A stretch of 64,000 nt of DNA from Deltaproteobacteria bacterium (lineage in GTDB: Bacteria > Myxococcota > Kuafuiibacteriia > Kuafuiibacteriales > Kuafuiibacteriaceae), in NCBI GenBank assembly GCA_040218735.1, contig JAVJQW010000008.1, forward strand, positions 447,147-511,146, written 5' to 3'. This document shows, in pieces, positions 19,932-30,047 of the stretch. Each line of letters starts with the position of its first letter. The first letter of the stretch is position 1. The notes beneath the pieces are model-generated. The model searched no databases. It was given only the letters and a program-made list of their open reading frames with translations, and was not told where the DNA came from. The position numbers were made by a program, and so were the translations under genes.

Positions 19932-21356
19932 ATGCTGCGCGCGCTGTGTACGAAGGAGCTTCGGCTCGCGCTGCGTTCGCGACGGGTGGCTTGGGCGGGG
20001 GCCGTGATGTTCGCCTTGTGCGGGGTCGCGGCCGCGTCCGGCACGCTCGAGCACCAGGCCCGCGCCGAAGAGCACCGCCGCCTCGTCGAGTTCGCGGAGG
20101 CCTCGTTCGCGGGCCAGCGCGCCGACCACCCCCACACGATCGCGCACAACGGGTACGTCGTATCGCGCCCGCCCGCGCCGCTCGGTCACCTCGACGCGGG
20201 GATCGAGACCGCGTACGGCCGGTGGCTGCGCCTCGACGCGCACCAGACCCGGCCGCTCTCCGGCACCCGCACCACCGAGATCGCCCGCGGGCCGGGGGCG
20301 GGGCGCTTCGATCTCGGGTTGCTGCTCGCGGTGTTCGGGCCGGTGGTGATCGTGCTGCTGGTGTTCGATCAGGTCGCCCGCGAGCGGAACAACGGGACCC
20401 TCGCGATGCTGTCGTCCGCCGGTCTGGGCCTCGGGCCGTTCGTGGTGTCGAAGGCGTTCGGCGCCGCGGTGCGATCGGGGTTGGCGATCGGCGTGCCCGC
20501 GCTCGTCGCCACGGTGCTCGCCACGCTCGCGGTGGGCACGATCGACTTCGCCCGCCTGCTCGCATGGTTCGCCGCGCACGCCGTGGCGCTCGCGGTGTGG
20601 GGGGCGATCGTCCTCGCGATCTCGGCGTTCAGCGCGTCGGCGCGCCAGGCGTTGGTCAGCGGCTTCGCGGTGTGGGGGACGCTCGCGCTGTTCGTGCCGC
20701 CGGTGTCGGGTGCGGTGTCGCAGCTCGTCGCGCCGGTGGCGCCGCCGGGGGAGCAGATGGTGAGGGCGGCCGAGTGGGCCGAGAGCGCGCACGCGCAGAG
20801 TGAAGCGCTCCGCGATCGTGCGCTGGCCGAGATTCGTCGCCGGCACCCGGAGTGGGACGGCAAGGGCGAGCCGCCGGAGGTCGTGGACGCCGTGATGCTC
20901 GCGCTCGCCGACCGCGACGCGACCTCCAAGATGAACGCGATGTTCGCCGCGCTCGACGCCGAGCAGGATCGCCAGGAGCGCTGGGCCGCCGCGCTCGCGT
21001 TTGTTTCACCGAGCGGGCTCGCGAGCCTCGCGTCCAGCGCGATCGCCGGCAGCGACCTCGCGCACATGCGCTTCGCTTTCCTGCACTACGAGGCGTATCG
21101 GCAGGAGCTGATGGGTTGGTTCAACGCGTGGTGGGCGCAGGAGGGCCGCGGCGGGTTCGAGGCGTACGGCGAGGAGAAGAAGTTCGACGACTTCGAAGCC
21201 GCGCCCCGGCCGACGGTGCCGCGCGTCGACCTCCCGTTCTCGCTGACGCGCGCCGCGATGTCCGTGGCGCTGCTCGCGGTGGCGTTTGTGATCGGCGCGC
21301 TGGCCTTCGCCGCTTCGGCGCGGCGGGCCCTCGCCACCTCGGGAGGTCGAGCGTGA
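19932..21356 (+). CDS. ABC-2-type transporter permease (DUF3526-like)
   Basis: [37 protein letters not shown]; several TM helices. Confidence 0.8.
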   Translation: MLRALCTKELRLALRSRRVAWAGAVMFALCGVAAASGTLEHQARAEEHRRLVEFAEASFAGQRADHPHTIAHNGYVVSRPPAPLGHLDAGIETAYGRWLRLDAHQTRPLSGTRTTEIARGPGAGRFDLGLLLAVFGPVVIVLLVFDQVARERNNGTLAMLSSAGLGLGPFVVSKAFGAAVRSGLAIGVPALVATVLATLAVGTIDFARLLAWFAAHAVALAVWGAIVLAISAFSASARQALVSGFAVWGTLALFVPPVSGAVSQLVAPVAPPGEQMVRAAEWAESAHAQSEALRDRALAEIRRRHPEWDGKGEPPEVVDAVMLALADRDATSKMNAMFAALDAEQDRQERWAAALAFVSPSGLASLASSAIAGSDLAHMRFAFLHYEAYRQELMGWFNAWWAQEGRGGFEAYGEEKKFDDFEAAPRPTVPRVDLPFSLTRAAMSVALLAVAFVIGALAFAASARRALATSGGRA

Positions 21357-21748
21357 GGCTCGGCGACGCCGCCGCGCCGACCGCGCGGGCCGCACCGACC
21401 GAGCAAACCGCGCAAACCGCGCAAACCGCGCCGACCGCGCCGACCGCGCCGACCGCGCCGACCGCGCGGCGTGCGCCGACCGCGCCGACCGCGCCGACCG
21501 GGCCGACCGGGCCGACCGGGCCGACCGGGCCGACCGGGCCGACCGGGCCGACCGGGCCGACCGGGCCGACCGGGCCGACCGGGCGGCGTGCGCCGACCGC
21601 GCCGACCGCGCTGCGTGCGCCGACCGCGCCGACCGCGCTGATGACCGCGCCGACCGCGCCGACCGCGCCGACCGCGCTGCGTGCGCCGACCGGGCGGCGT
21701 GCGCCGACCGCGCGGCGTGCGCTGACCTCCGCCGGGGGGCGCGCGTGA
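21353..21748 (+). repeat. 9-bp tandem array (CCGACCGCG/CCGACCGGG) forming an open, stop/start-coupled mini-ORF of PTA/PTG repeats
   Basis: Dozens of 9-mers at about 21376-21715. GTG at 21353 overlaps the upstream TGA, and TGA at 21748 overlaps the downstream start. Confidence 0.85.
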
Positions 21749-23091
21749 TGCGCGCGATCTACGGACACTCGCGGCGCGCGCAGTGGCGCTCCTCGCGCGC
21801 GCGCCTCGTCGCCGCCGCGCTGTTCGTCGCGTCGACCACATCGGTCGCGCTCGGCGCGTGGCTCGGCGCGGCGCACCGAGGTGCCGGACTCCGCGACGTC
21901 GCCTCCTTCGAACGACGGCTGGACGCGGGCGCCGACAAGAGCGCGTTCGCGGTGAGCGCCTACGAAGACGTGATCGTCGCCCGCGGCGCCCGCCCTTCCG
22001 CGATGCTCACCGCGAACGATCTCACCACGCTGCCCGACGCCGCGATCCTCCGCCTCTCCGATCCGCCCGCGATGATCCCCACGCTCGCCGAGCGCTCGCC
22101 GTCCGCGCTCCTCCTCGGCCGCCTCGACTTCGCGTGGGTCCTCGCATTGCTCCTCCCCCTCGCGGCGATCGCGCTCGCCTACGACGCCGTCAGCCGCGAC
22201 CGTGAGCGCGGCACCCTCGCGATGTTGCTCGGACCGGCGCGCTCGTCGGGGCCGTTGCTCCTCGCCCGCACCGCCGTCGTCACGGAGGTGCTCCTCGTGG
22301 GCGTGCTCCCCGGAATCGTGGCTTCGGCGTTCGTCGACGTCGTCGCGCCGGCGGTTGTCGCTGCGTACGCATTCGTCGTCGCCGCCGTCGTCGTCGCGGT
22401 GAGCGCACGCTCCGAGCGATCCGCGGTGGCGCTCGCGACCTCACTCGGCCTGTGGCTCACGTTCGGCGTCGCGGTACCGCTCTCCGTGAGCGCGGTGGTG
22501 CGATCGAGCTACCCGGAGCCGGATCCACGCGCCCGCCTCGCGGGGGAGAAGGGCGCCGACGCCGTCTTCACCCGCGCGACCGAGGGCATCGTCGCGGCCG
22601 GTGTCGAGCGGGACGCCGCGCTCGACCCCGAGACCGCCGAAGACGGTGAGATGAGCCAGCTGCGGTACGACTTCCTGCTCATGCAAGAGCGCTTGCGCCG
22701 CAAGCGCGGCGCGCGCTTCGAGGGTGAGCGTGTGCTCGCGCAGCGCGCTGAGGCGATCGAACTCGCTGCGTGGCTGTCGCCGACGTCTTTGGTCGCGGGT
22801 GTGCTCGCCGACGTCTCCGGCACGCGGCCCTGGGAGCGACGCACGTTCGCGAAGGACGCGGCGGCGTACCGCGGCGAGGTCGAGCGGTTCGTGCGCGCCG
22901 AGATCCTCGCCGGTCGAAGGACGCTCGACGACCCGACCCGTTTCCCGCGGCTCGCCCGCGTGCCGCCCACGCGGCGCACGCCTGCGCTCGTCGCGGTGTT
23001 CCTCTTCCTCGCGGGAGGAATCGGTGTTTGGTTCCAAGCCACGCGCCGCCTCGACCGCGGAGGCTTCGCGCCCACGAAGGAAGACGCATGA
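21748..23091 (+). CDS. ABC-2-type transporter permease (DUF3526-like), second subunit
   Basis: GRLDFAWVL...AYDAVSRDRERGTL, WLSPT; paralogous to the upstream permease. Confidence 0.78.
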   Translation: MRAIYGHSRRAQWRSSRARLVAAALFVASTTSVALGAWLGAAHRGAGLRDVASFERRLDAGADKSAFAVSAYEDVIVARGARPSAMLTANDLTTLPDAAILRLSDPPAMIPTLAERSPSALLLGRLDFAWVLALLLPLAAIALAYDAVSRDRERGTLAMLLGPARSSGPLLLARTAVVTEVLLVGVLPGIVASAFVDVVAPAVVAAYAFVVAAVVVAVSARSERSAVALATSLGLWLTFGVAVPLSVSAVVRSSYPEPDPRARLAGEKGADAVFTRATEGIVAAGVERDAALDPETAEDGEMSQLRYDFLLMQERLRRKRGARFEGERVLAQRAEAIELAAWLSPTSLVAGVLADVSGTRPWERRTFAKDAAAYRGEVERFVRAEILAGRRTLDDPTRFPRLARVPPTRRTPALVAVFLFLAGGIGVWFQATRRLDRGGFAPTKEDA

Positions 23092-23780
23092 TCGTCGTCG
23101 AGAACCTCGTCAAGACGTTCAAGGACCACCGGGCCGTGGACGGGCTCGACCTGAGCGTGCAGGCCGGCGAGGTCTACGCGCTGCTCGGCGGCAACGGCGC
23201 CGGGAAGACGACGACGATCCACCTGCTGCTCGGCCTCATCGAACCGGACAGCGGCACGATCCGGATCGACGGCGTCGACGTGAAGCCGGGCGTCCGTCCG
23301 AAGGCGGCGTTCGTCCCGGAGGTCGTCGAGCTGTACCCCGACCTCACGCCGCTCGAGACACTCGAGCTGTTCGCGAGCGTCGCGTCGGTGGACGTGGGGG
23401 CGGAGGCGATGAAGCAGGCGCTCCTCGACGCCGGCCTGGCCGCGAGTGATCACACGCGCCGGCTCCGGGTGTTCTCGAAGGGGATGCGCCAGAAGGTCGC
23501 GCTCGCGATCGCGCAGATCCAAGGCGCGCGGGCGCTGCTGCTCGACGAACCGACGAGCGGCCTCGATCCGCGGGCGGCTTCCCAGCTGCTCGATCGCCTC
23601 GCGGCGCTGAAGGCGGAGGGGGCGGCGATCCTCATGTCGACCCACGACGTCTACACTGTGAGCGCCGTCGCGGATCGCATCGGAATCTTGCGCGAGGGTC
23701 GTCTCGTGGATGAGCGCGACAAAACTCAGCTCGGCGACCGCGACGTGGCGACCTGGTATCGCGAGACGATGGGCGGGTGA
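23088..23780 (+). CDS. ABC transporter ATP-binding protein
   Basis: GGNGAGKTT Walker A, FSKGMRQK signature, LLLDEP Walker B, STH switch. Confidence 0.93.
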   Translation: MIVVENLVKTFKDHRAVDGLDLSVQAGEVYALLGGNGAGKTTTIHLLLGLIEPDSGTIRIDGVDVKPGVRPKAAFVPEVVELYPDLTPLETLELFASVASVDVGAEAMKQALLDAGLAASDHTRRLRVFSKGMRQKVALAIAQIQGARALLLDEPTSGLDPRAASQLLDRLAALKAEGAAILMSTHDVYTVSAVADRIGILREGRLVDERDKTQLGDRDVATWYRETMGG

Positions 23781-23819
23781 GGCTTGACCGCCTCCCCCAT
23801 CGAACGCTTGATGCACCCC

Positions 23820-24938
23820 ATGTCGCGTTGGATCACCGCCGCCCTGTTGATCCCGCTCGCGCTGTCGAGCACCGGGTGCGGGATCCTGCTGCAGTCGGCG
23901 TTCGGGTGGTCGACCGAGGAGCGGCGGGTCTCGGAGAAGACGCACGCGATCACCGTGCGCACGCAGCCGGAGGGGCTCCCGGTGTCCCGCTCGGGCCCAG
24001 ACGGGACGAAGCAGCTCGGCGCGTCGCCGGTGACGGATCAGATCCTCTACGAGCAGGAGATGGTGATCGAGTCGCCGTCCACGGCGGGGCTCTACATCGG
24101 TGGGGTGTTGGAGATCGTCGCGGCCTTCACTGCGTTCTTCGCGAGCGCGCCCGGGGACTGCGAGGACGTCTTCATCGATGGGTGCGAGACGAACATCCCG
24201 CTCGCGTTGCTCGGCGGCGCGCTGATGTACTTCGGCCTGCAGGACATGGTGATCGGCCTCGTGTACGGGCTCTCGGGCGATCAGGTGAAACAGAACCGCG
24301 CGGTGAATCCGCCGACCTATACCTACGCCTCCGTCATGGCCGGCAAACCCCCGCAGGAGAAGCGCATCCAGGTGCCCGACTCGAGCTTCGCCAACTTCAG
24401 CTTCGACGGCACCCCGGTCGCGCCCGTCGCGAAGCAGGCGCCTCCGCCTCCTCCGCCTCCTCCGCCCCCGACGACCACCGCGCCGCCGCCTTCGGGGACG
24501 AAACCCAACGTGTCGAAGTGGGTGATCGCGGTGATGGACGTCGAGGACGTGAACGCGGGCGCCAACAACGGGATCGAGCGCGGCCTCGTCCGCAACCTCG
24601 GCGACCAGCTCCGCATCTTCATCGCACAGACGGGCGTGCGGACGATCGACCGGAGCGCTCAGGAGCGCGCGTTGAATGACGTCATCTCGGAGGCCAAGAG
24701 TGACTCGTACAAGGCCTGCTATGACGATTCCTGTCAGATCGAGCTCGGTAAGGCGCTCGCGGCGACGCACATCCTGAGGTCGCGGATCACCCGGTTCGGT
24801 TCGCGGTGTGTGCTCAACGCGGAGATGATCGACCTTCGGGCCGAGGTGACGGTGAAGGCGGCTTCGGCGCGGGGTGACTGCGAGGCGGAGGGCTTCCTGA
24901 CGATGAGCGAAGAGGTCGCCAACAGCCTGGTGCAGTGA
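23820..24938 (+). CDS. Lipoprotein/membrane protein with poly-Pro linker and C-terminal CsgG/TolB-N-like alpha/beta domain
   Basis: LSSTGC lipobox, two TM segments, a poly-Pro run, CYDDSCQIELGKALAA motif. Confidence 0.65.
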   Translation: MSRWITAALLIPLALSSTGCGILLQSAFGWSTEERRVSEKTHAITVRTQPEGLPVSRSGPDGTKQLGASPVTDQILYEQEMVIESPSTAGLYIGGVLEIVAAFTAFFASAPGDCEDVFIDGCETNIPLALLGGALMYFGLQDMVIGLVYGLSGDQVKQNRAVNPPTYTYASVMAGKPPQEKRIQVPDSSFANFSFDGTPVAPVAKQAPPPPPPPPPPTTTAPPPSGTKPNVSKWVIAVMDVEDVNAGANNGIERGLVRNLGDQLRIFIAQTGVRTIDRSAQERALNDVISEAKSDSYKACYDDSCQIELGKALAATHILRSRITRFGSRCVLNAEMIDLRAEVTVKAASARGDCEAEGFLTMSEEVANSLVQ

Positions 24939-24990
24939 GTCCGACGGAATCTTCTTTACTCGGGACCCGACAAAGCCCATCCAAACAAGC

Positions 24991-26028
24991 GTGGACGAAT
25001 TCAAGATCGACGGCCGGTCGATCGGCCCCGGGGAGCGCGCCAGCATCCAGCTCCCCGTCGCGCGGCTGAAGACCCAAACGGAGATCTCGATGCCCGTCCG
25101 CGTGGTGCGCGGCAAGAAGGACGGCCCGACGCTCTTCGTCTCGGCCGCGGTTCACGGCGACGAGATCAACGGCGTCGAGATCATCCGACGCCTCCTCCGC
25201 CTTCAACTCTTGAGGCGCATCCGCGGGACGCTGATCGCCGTGCCGATGGTGAACGTCTTCGGCTTCATCCAGCTGTCGCGATACCTCCCCGACCGCCGCG
25301 ATCTCAATCGATCCTTCCCCGGGTCGGAGGGCGGCTCGCTCGCCGCGCGCATCGCGGACATGTTCATGTCGGAGATCGTCGCGCAGTCCACCCACGGGAT
25401 CGATCTGCACACCGGCGCGATCCACCGGACGAACCTCCCGCAGATTCGCGTGTCGTTCGACGACAGCGAGGCGCTGAAGCTCGCGCGTGCGTTCGGCGCA
25501 CCGGTGGTGATGGACGCATCACTCCGCGACGGCTCGCTCCGCGAGGCGGTCTGCGGCAAAGGCATCCCGGTCATCCTCTACGAAGCGGGGGAGGCGCTGC
25601 GCTTCGACGAGTGGGCGATCCGGCCCGGCCTCCGTGGCATCGTCTCGATCATGCACGAGATCGGGATGCTCCCGGCGCCGAAGCGTCCGCGCAAACACGC
25701 GCCGTCGATGCTGGTGGAGCGTTCGACGTGGGTGCGAGCGACGGAGAGCGGAATCCTCAGCGCGCGGGTTACGCTCGGACAGCGTGTGCACCGCGGAGAT
25801 CTGCTCGGGATGATCGGTGACCCGTTCGGGGATCTCGAGATTCCGATCGAAGCGCCCGTGAGCGGGGTGGTGATCGGTCGAACGAACCTCCCGCTGCTCA
25901 ACGAGGGAGACGCCGTGTTCCACATCGCCCGCATCGACGACAAGGAGCAGCTGCCGCCGACGATGGAGGCCTTCCAGGCGGCGCTCGAGACCGGGTTCGG
26001 TTTCGATCCGGAGGGGAAGCAGGAATGA
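24991..26028 (+). CDS. Succinylglutamate desuccinylase/aspartoacylase family metallopeptidase (M14)
   Basis: HGDEING, DLNRSFPG, IDLHTG, YEAGE motifs. Confidence 0.92.
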   Translation: MDEFKIDGRSIGPGERASIQLPVARLKTQTEISMPVRVVRGKKDGPTLFVSAAVHGDEINGVEIIRRLLRLQLLRRIRGTLIAVPMVNVFGFIQLSRYLPDRRDLNRSFPGSEGGSLAARIADMFMSEIVAQSTHGIDLHTGAIHRTNLPQIRVSFDDSEALKLARAFGAPVVMDASLRDGSLREAVCGKGIPVILYEAGEALRFDEWAIRPGLRGIVSIMHEIGMLPAPKRPRKHAPSMLVERSTWVRATESGILSARVTLGQRVHRGDLLGMIGDPFGDLEIPIEAPVSGVVIGRTNLPLLNEGDAVFHIARIDDKEQLPPTMEAFQAALETGFGFDPEGKQE

Positions 26029-26537
26029 CGAGGACCGCCGACAAGGTCACGATCGGCTACGCGGAGTACGTCGCGTTTCCGGAGTGGGGCATCCCGCGGT
26101 TGCGCGCGAAGACGGACACCGGCGCGCGAACTTCGGCGCTTCACGTCGACAACATCGAGCGGCTGCCGCGCAACCGGGTGCGGTTCGAGGTCGTGGTCGC
26201 GGCGAACGGCCGGCGCGTGCGTGTCGAGGCGCCGATCGTCCGGGTGTCGAACGTGCGTTCGAGCAACGGCGTGCCCGACGAGCGCTACATCGTGAGCACC
26301 ACGTTACAACTCGGAGGCGTCGAGAAGACGATCGAGGTCAGCCTGGCTTCGCGCAGCGGGATGATCTACCGGATGCTCCTCGGGCGCCGCGCCATCGCCC
26401 ACGACTTCCTCGTGGATCCCGGCCGGCGCTACGTCGCGTCGACGCCGCCCAAGGGCAAGAAGAAGAAGGCGCCCGCGAAGAAGAAGAAGAAAGTGGCCAA
26501 GAAGAAGAAGAAGGCGCCGAGGCGGAGCGTGGGCTGA
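26025..26537 (+). CDS. RimB-like retropepsin-fold protease with Lys-rich tail
   Basis: AKTDTGARTSALH, RSSNG..ER, MLLGR motifs; tail KGKKKKAPAKKKKKVAKKKKK. Confidence 0.85.
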   Translation: MTRTADKVTIGYAEYVAFPEWGIPRLRAKTDTGARTSALHVDNIERLPRNRVRFEVVVAANGRRVRVEAPIVRVSNVRSSNGVPDERYIVSTTLQLGGVEKTIEVSLASRSGMIYRMLLGRRAIAHDFLVDPGRRYVASTPPKGKKKKAPAKKKKKVAKKKKKAPRRSVG

Positions 26538-27712
26538 TGCGCGCCCTGAAGATCGCGATCCTCTCCAGAGAGCCCGACAACTACAGCTCGCGTCGCCTGA
26601 AGGAAGCCTGCAAGGCGCGCGGCCACAAGGTCCGGATCCTGTCGTCGACGAGTCTGTCGATGATGGTCGAAGAGGAGCGCCCGCAGCTGTTCTACAAGGA
26701 CAAGGCGCTCGCGGACTACGACGCCATCATCCCGCGCATCGGCGCGTCGGTGACGTTCTACGGGACCGCCGTCGTGCGGCAGTTCGAGCAGATGGGGGTC
26801 TTCTCGCTCAACAGCTCGAACGCGATCCTCGTGTCGCGCGACAAGCTGCGCTCGCTACAGATGCTGAGCAACCACGCGATCGGCATCCCGCCGACCGCGT
26901 TCGTTCGGGAGAAGGTCGACGTCCTCCCAGCCATCGCGCGGCTCGGCGGCGCGCCGGTGATCATCAAGCTGCTCGAAGGGACGCAGGGGGTCGGCGTGAT
27001 CCTCGCGGACTCGCTGAAGGTCGCGGAGGCGATCGTCGAGACGCTGCAGAGCGCCAAGCAGAACGTGCTGCTCCAGAAGTTCGTGAAGGAGAGCCGCGGC
27101 CGCGACGTCCGCGCGTTCGTCGTCGGCGATCGCGTTGTCGCGGCGATGCGCCGGGTCGCGAAGGACGGTGAGTTCCGGAGTAACGTGCACCGCGGCGGGA
27201 CCGCGACGCGGATCGAGCTTCCGCCCAAGTACGAACGCACCGCGATCCGCGCGGCGCAGATCATGGGTCTCAACGTCGCGGGTGTGGACATGCTCGAGGC
27301 GGCGAGCGGGCCTCAGGTCATGGAGATCAACTCGTCGCCGGGCCTCGAGGGCATCGAGGGCGCGACGGGCCTCGACATCGCGAACATGATCATCGAGCAC
27401 ATCGAGGACAAGGTGCTGCTCCCCGAAGTCGATCTGAAGTTCAGGTTGAAGCTCGACGAAGGGTTCGGCGTCGCCGAGGTCCCGGTCCAGGAGAAGGGCA
27501 CGTTCGACGGCCGATGCCTGGAGCAGTCGGGCCTCGAGGAGCAGCAGGTCCGCGTCCTCAGCATCCGACGCGGCGCGGACTCCACCATCCCCAGCCCCCA
27601 CGGCTCCACCCAGATGCTCGCGGGCGACGTCCTCCTCTGCTACGGCCCGCGCACCGCGTTGAAGGGGCTGATCCCGCCTCCCCCGTCGAAGAAGCGCCGC
27701 AACCGCCGCTGA
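26537..27712 (+). CDS. rimK: RimK-family ATP-grasp alpha-L-glutamate ligase with C-terminal TrkA-C (RCK_C) domain
   Basis: IPRIGAS, RDKLRSLQ, KLLEGTQG, FRSNVHRGG, EINSSPGLEGIE; tail VLSIRRG...IPSP...AGDVLL. Confidence 0.9.
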   Translation: MRALKIAILSREPDNYSSRRLKEACKARGHKVRILSSTSLSMMVEEERPQLFYKDKALADYDAIIPRIGASVTFYGTAVVRQFEQMGVFSLNSSNAILVSRDKLRSLQMLSNHAIGIPPTAFVREKVDVLPAIARLGGAPVIIKLLEGTQGVGVILADSLKVAEAIVETLQSAKQNVLLQKFVKESRGRDVRAFVVGDRVVAAMRRVAKDGEFRSNVHRGGTATRIELPPKYERTAIRAAQIMGLNVAGVDMLEAASGPQVMEINSSPGLEGIEGATGLDIANMIIEHIEDKVLLPEVDLKFRLKLDEGFGVAEVPVQEKGTFDGRCLEQSGLEEQQVRVLSIRRGADSTIPSPHGSTQMLAGDVLLCYGPRTALKGLIPPPPSKKRRNRR

Positions 27713-27778
27713 TCCAGCTCGAAACACTCCCGGCGTCTCGGTATCGAACGGCGTACTCCGCCGCCGAATGCTGGATAC

Positions 27779-28321
27779 ATGCGAATCTGGTTCGGCCTCT
27801 CTCTCCTCGTCGGGTCCCTACTCGCGCCCCTCGTCGCGTCCGCGCAGGACACCGACAGCGCCTCCGTGCAGGTGGACGCGACCGTCGTCGCCGCGATGTC
27901 GGTGACCGAGATGAACTCGCCGATCGACCTCGGCCAGCTGTTCCAGAGCTCCGCTGACGACGTCGCCGCCGACGGTTCGTCCAGTCCGTTCTCGACCGCC
28001 GCGCGCTTCGACATCACTGGCGCGAGCGCGCTGTCGTGGCGACTCACCGTGGTCTACGCCGACCTCACCGGCCCCGGCGCCGAAGTCATCACGATCACCA
28101 ACCCCGCCGCGAACGACATCTGTTTCAACACGACGCAGGGCAGTCAGTCCCCGTGCACGCAGACCGGCGACTCCCCCCTCACCGTCACCGCGGGCAACCA
28201 CGGCGGTGACGGCACGGCGTGGGTCGGCTTCTCGTTCTCGGTGCCGGCCAACGCGACGGCCGGCGCGTACTCGAACGCCGCCGCGGTTCAGCTCACCGCC
28301 GACGCGCTCCTGGGGACCTGA
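27779..28321 (+). CDS. Secreted pilin-like subunit (DUF4402-like)
   Basis: Signal peptide ASA-QD; beta-rich; ends WVGFSFSVPANATAGAYS...VQLT. Confidence 0.65.
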   Translation: MRIWFGLSLLVGSLLAPLVASAQDTDSASVQVDATVVAAMSVTEMNSPIDLGQLFQSSADDVAADGSSSPFSTAARFDITGASALSWRLTVVYADLTGPGAEVITITNPAANDICFNTTQGSQSPCTQTGDSPLTVTAGNHGGDGTAWVGFSFSVPANATAGAYSNAAAVQLTADALLGT

Positions 28322-29148
28322 TGATGAAGCTCTGGTTCGTCGCTGCCGTCACCCTCGTCAGCACCAACGCGTGGGCGCTCGACATCGCCCCGCAGGTCCT
28401 GATCATCGACGCCAAGGATCGCTCCGGCGCGCTCCTGCTGCGCAACGGCGCGGAGGCGATGGTCGAGGTCCAGGTCGACGTCCGCTTCGGCTTCGAAGTC
28501 GCCGACGCGGACGGCAACGTCCAGGCGCACTACCCCGCGCAGCCTACGGACGATCATCGCTCAGCGGCGCCGTTCCTCCGCGTCTATCCCCGCCGCGCGC
28601 GCCTCGCGCCCGGTGAGGAGCGCGTGGTGCGCATCCTCGCGCGAACGCCGAGTGACCTCCCGCAGGGGGAGTACTGGGCGCGCGCGTCGATCCGCGCGGT
28701 GCCGGTGATGCCGCCGAGCGTCGAGCCTTCGGACCGCGTGCGTCTCCAGGTCGGCGTGACGACGGAGCAGCGCATCCCGGTCTTCGTCCGCCACGGTCGC
28801 GCCGCCGCGACGGCGCACATCCAGGACGTGTCATGGGAGGTCGAGAAGCGGCACGGTCGTGACTTCCTCGTCGCGCGTTACTTCGTGGGTCTGGAGGGGA
28901 GCGGCGCGTTCCTCGGAACCGTGCACGCACGGGTGAAGCGCGCGGACGGTGAGCTCGTCGGCCTCCGCGACAAGAACCTCGCCGTGTTCGAGTCGGGTTG
29001 GCGTCGCGTGGAGATTCCGCTGGAGAGCCTGCCCGGCAGGGGTGCGCGCCTCGAGCTGTCGACGGAGCGACGGCACCCTGCGATCACCAACGACGATCTC
29101 CTCCCGGGCGGGGTCACGAGATGGTCCGCTGCGCTCGCCTCGCGTTAG
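28321..29148 (+). CDS. PapD-like pilus assembly chaperone
   Basis: LDIAPQVLII, LRVYPRRARLAPGEERVVRI, DLPQGEYWA, IPVFVRHG. Confidence 0.75.
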   Translation: MMKLWFVAAVTLVSTNAWALDIAPQVLIIDAKDRSGALLLRNGAEAMVEVQVDVRFGFEVADADGNVQAHYPAQPTDDHRSAAPFLRVYPRRARLAPGEERVVRILARTPSDLPQGEYWARASIRAVPVMPPSVEPSDRVRLQVGVTTEQRIPVFVRHGRAAATAHIQDVSWEVEKRHGRDFLVARYFVGLEGSGAFLGTVHARVKRADGELVGLRDKNLAVFESGWRRVEIPLESLPGRGARLELSTERRHPAITNDDLLPGGVTRWSAALASR

Positions 29149-30044
29149 TCGCGTTTGTGTTTCCGACGACCGCGTACGGCGCGGTGACCGTCGAGCAGAA
29201 CCTCGACCTCACGATCGTACCCACCGGCACCACGCGAACGGTGCTCCCCACCGACAGCACCGCGGCGAGGTACCGGCTCACGCTCGACGGCGTTCGCTGT
29301 GACAGCGGCCCGGCGACGATCACGTTCAGCGCGCTACCGTCTCAGCTCGACGACGGCGGCGCGGCGACGTTGCCGCTGACCTACGGCGCCGCCTCCGCGC
29401 GCATCGAGGAGGAGGCGAACAGCGGGAACAACGCCACGTTCGATCCCACCGTCGGGACGACGTGGGCCTACGCCGCGTTCCCGGCGATCGTGACGCTCGG
29501 TGCATCGACCACGGCCGGCGCTTCACAGACCGTCGCGTCCTACGCCGCATCGCCGGTCACGATCGAGCTCGACTACGAGAGACTCATCGTCGTCTGCGTC
29601 CCGCACAACGACGACGCCGACGCGACCATGGCCGCCGAGGTGCAACCGGGCCTCGACGTCGCCGCGACCAACGGACCCCTCGACCTCGGGATGTTGTTCC
29701 AGGGCGAGACCGTCGTCGTGCCCGCCGACGACAGCGGCTCGGTCAGCTCCGCGCAGTTCGCCGCGTCCGGCCCCAGCGGTTTGAACTGGCAGCTCACCGT
29801 CACCACGTCGGACCTGCAACACGCGTCGCTCCCCGACACCCTCACCCTCACGTTCACGTCGGGCCTCTACGGCACGGTGTCGCCGCCCGCGACGTCGTTC
29901 TCGGATGGCGCGATCGTCAGCTCGGGAACCCACGGCGGCGCGCTCGACATCTGGCTCGGGTACCAGGTCGTGGTCCCGGCGAACGCCGCCGAGGGGGCCT
30001 ACAGCGGATCGATCACGTTGACGGTCGACGCGCTCCTGGAGTGA
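29121..30044 (+). CDS. Two-domain pilin-like/tip subunit (DUF4402-like)
   Basis: Signal peptide; the second domain resembles the 27779 product (LDLGMLFQ vs IDLGQLFQ; VPANAAEGAYS vs VPANATAGAYS). Confidence 0.65.
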   Translation: MVRCARLALVAFVFPTTAYGAVTVEQNLDLTIVPTGTTRTVLPTDSTAARYRLTLDGVRCDSGPATITFSALPSQLDDGGAATLPLTYGAASARIEEEANSGNNATFDPTVGTTWAYAAFPAIVTLGASTTAGASQTVASYAASPVTIELDYERLIVVCVPHNDDADATMAAEVQPGLDVAATNGPLDLGMLFQGETVVVPADDSGSVSSAQFAASGPSGLNWQLTVTTSDLQHASLPDTLTLTFTSGLYGTVSPPATSFSDGAIVSSGTHGGALDIWLGYQVVVPANAAEGAYSGSITLTVDALLE

Positions 30045-30047
30045 GCC

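Noticed and set aside
21376-21715. Bona fide collagen-like surface protein gene
   Set aside because: Only about ten GPT triplets and no signal peptide or globular domain; better explained as a 9-bp repeat expansion.
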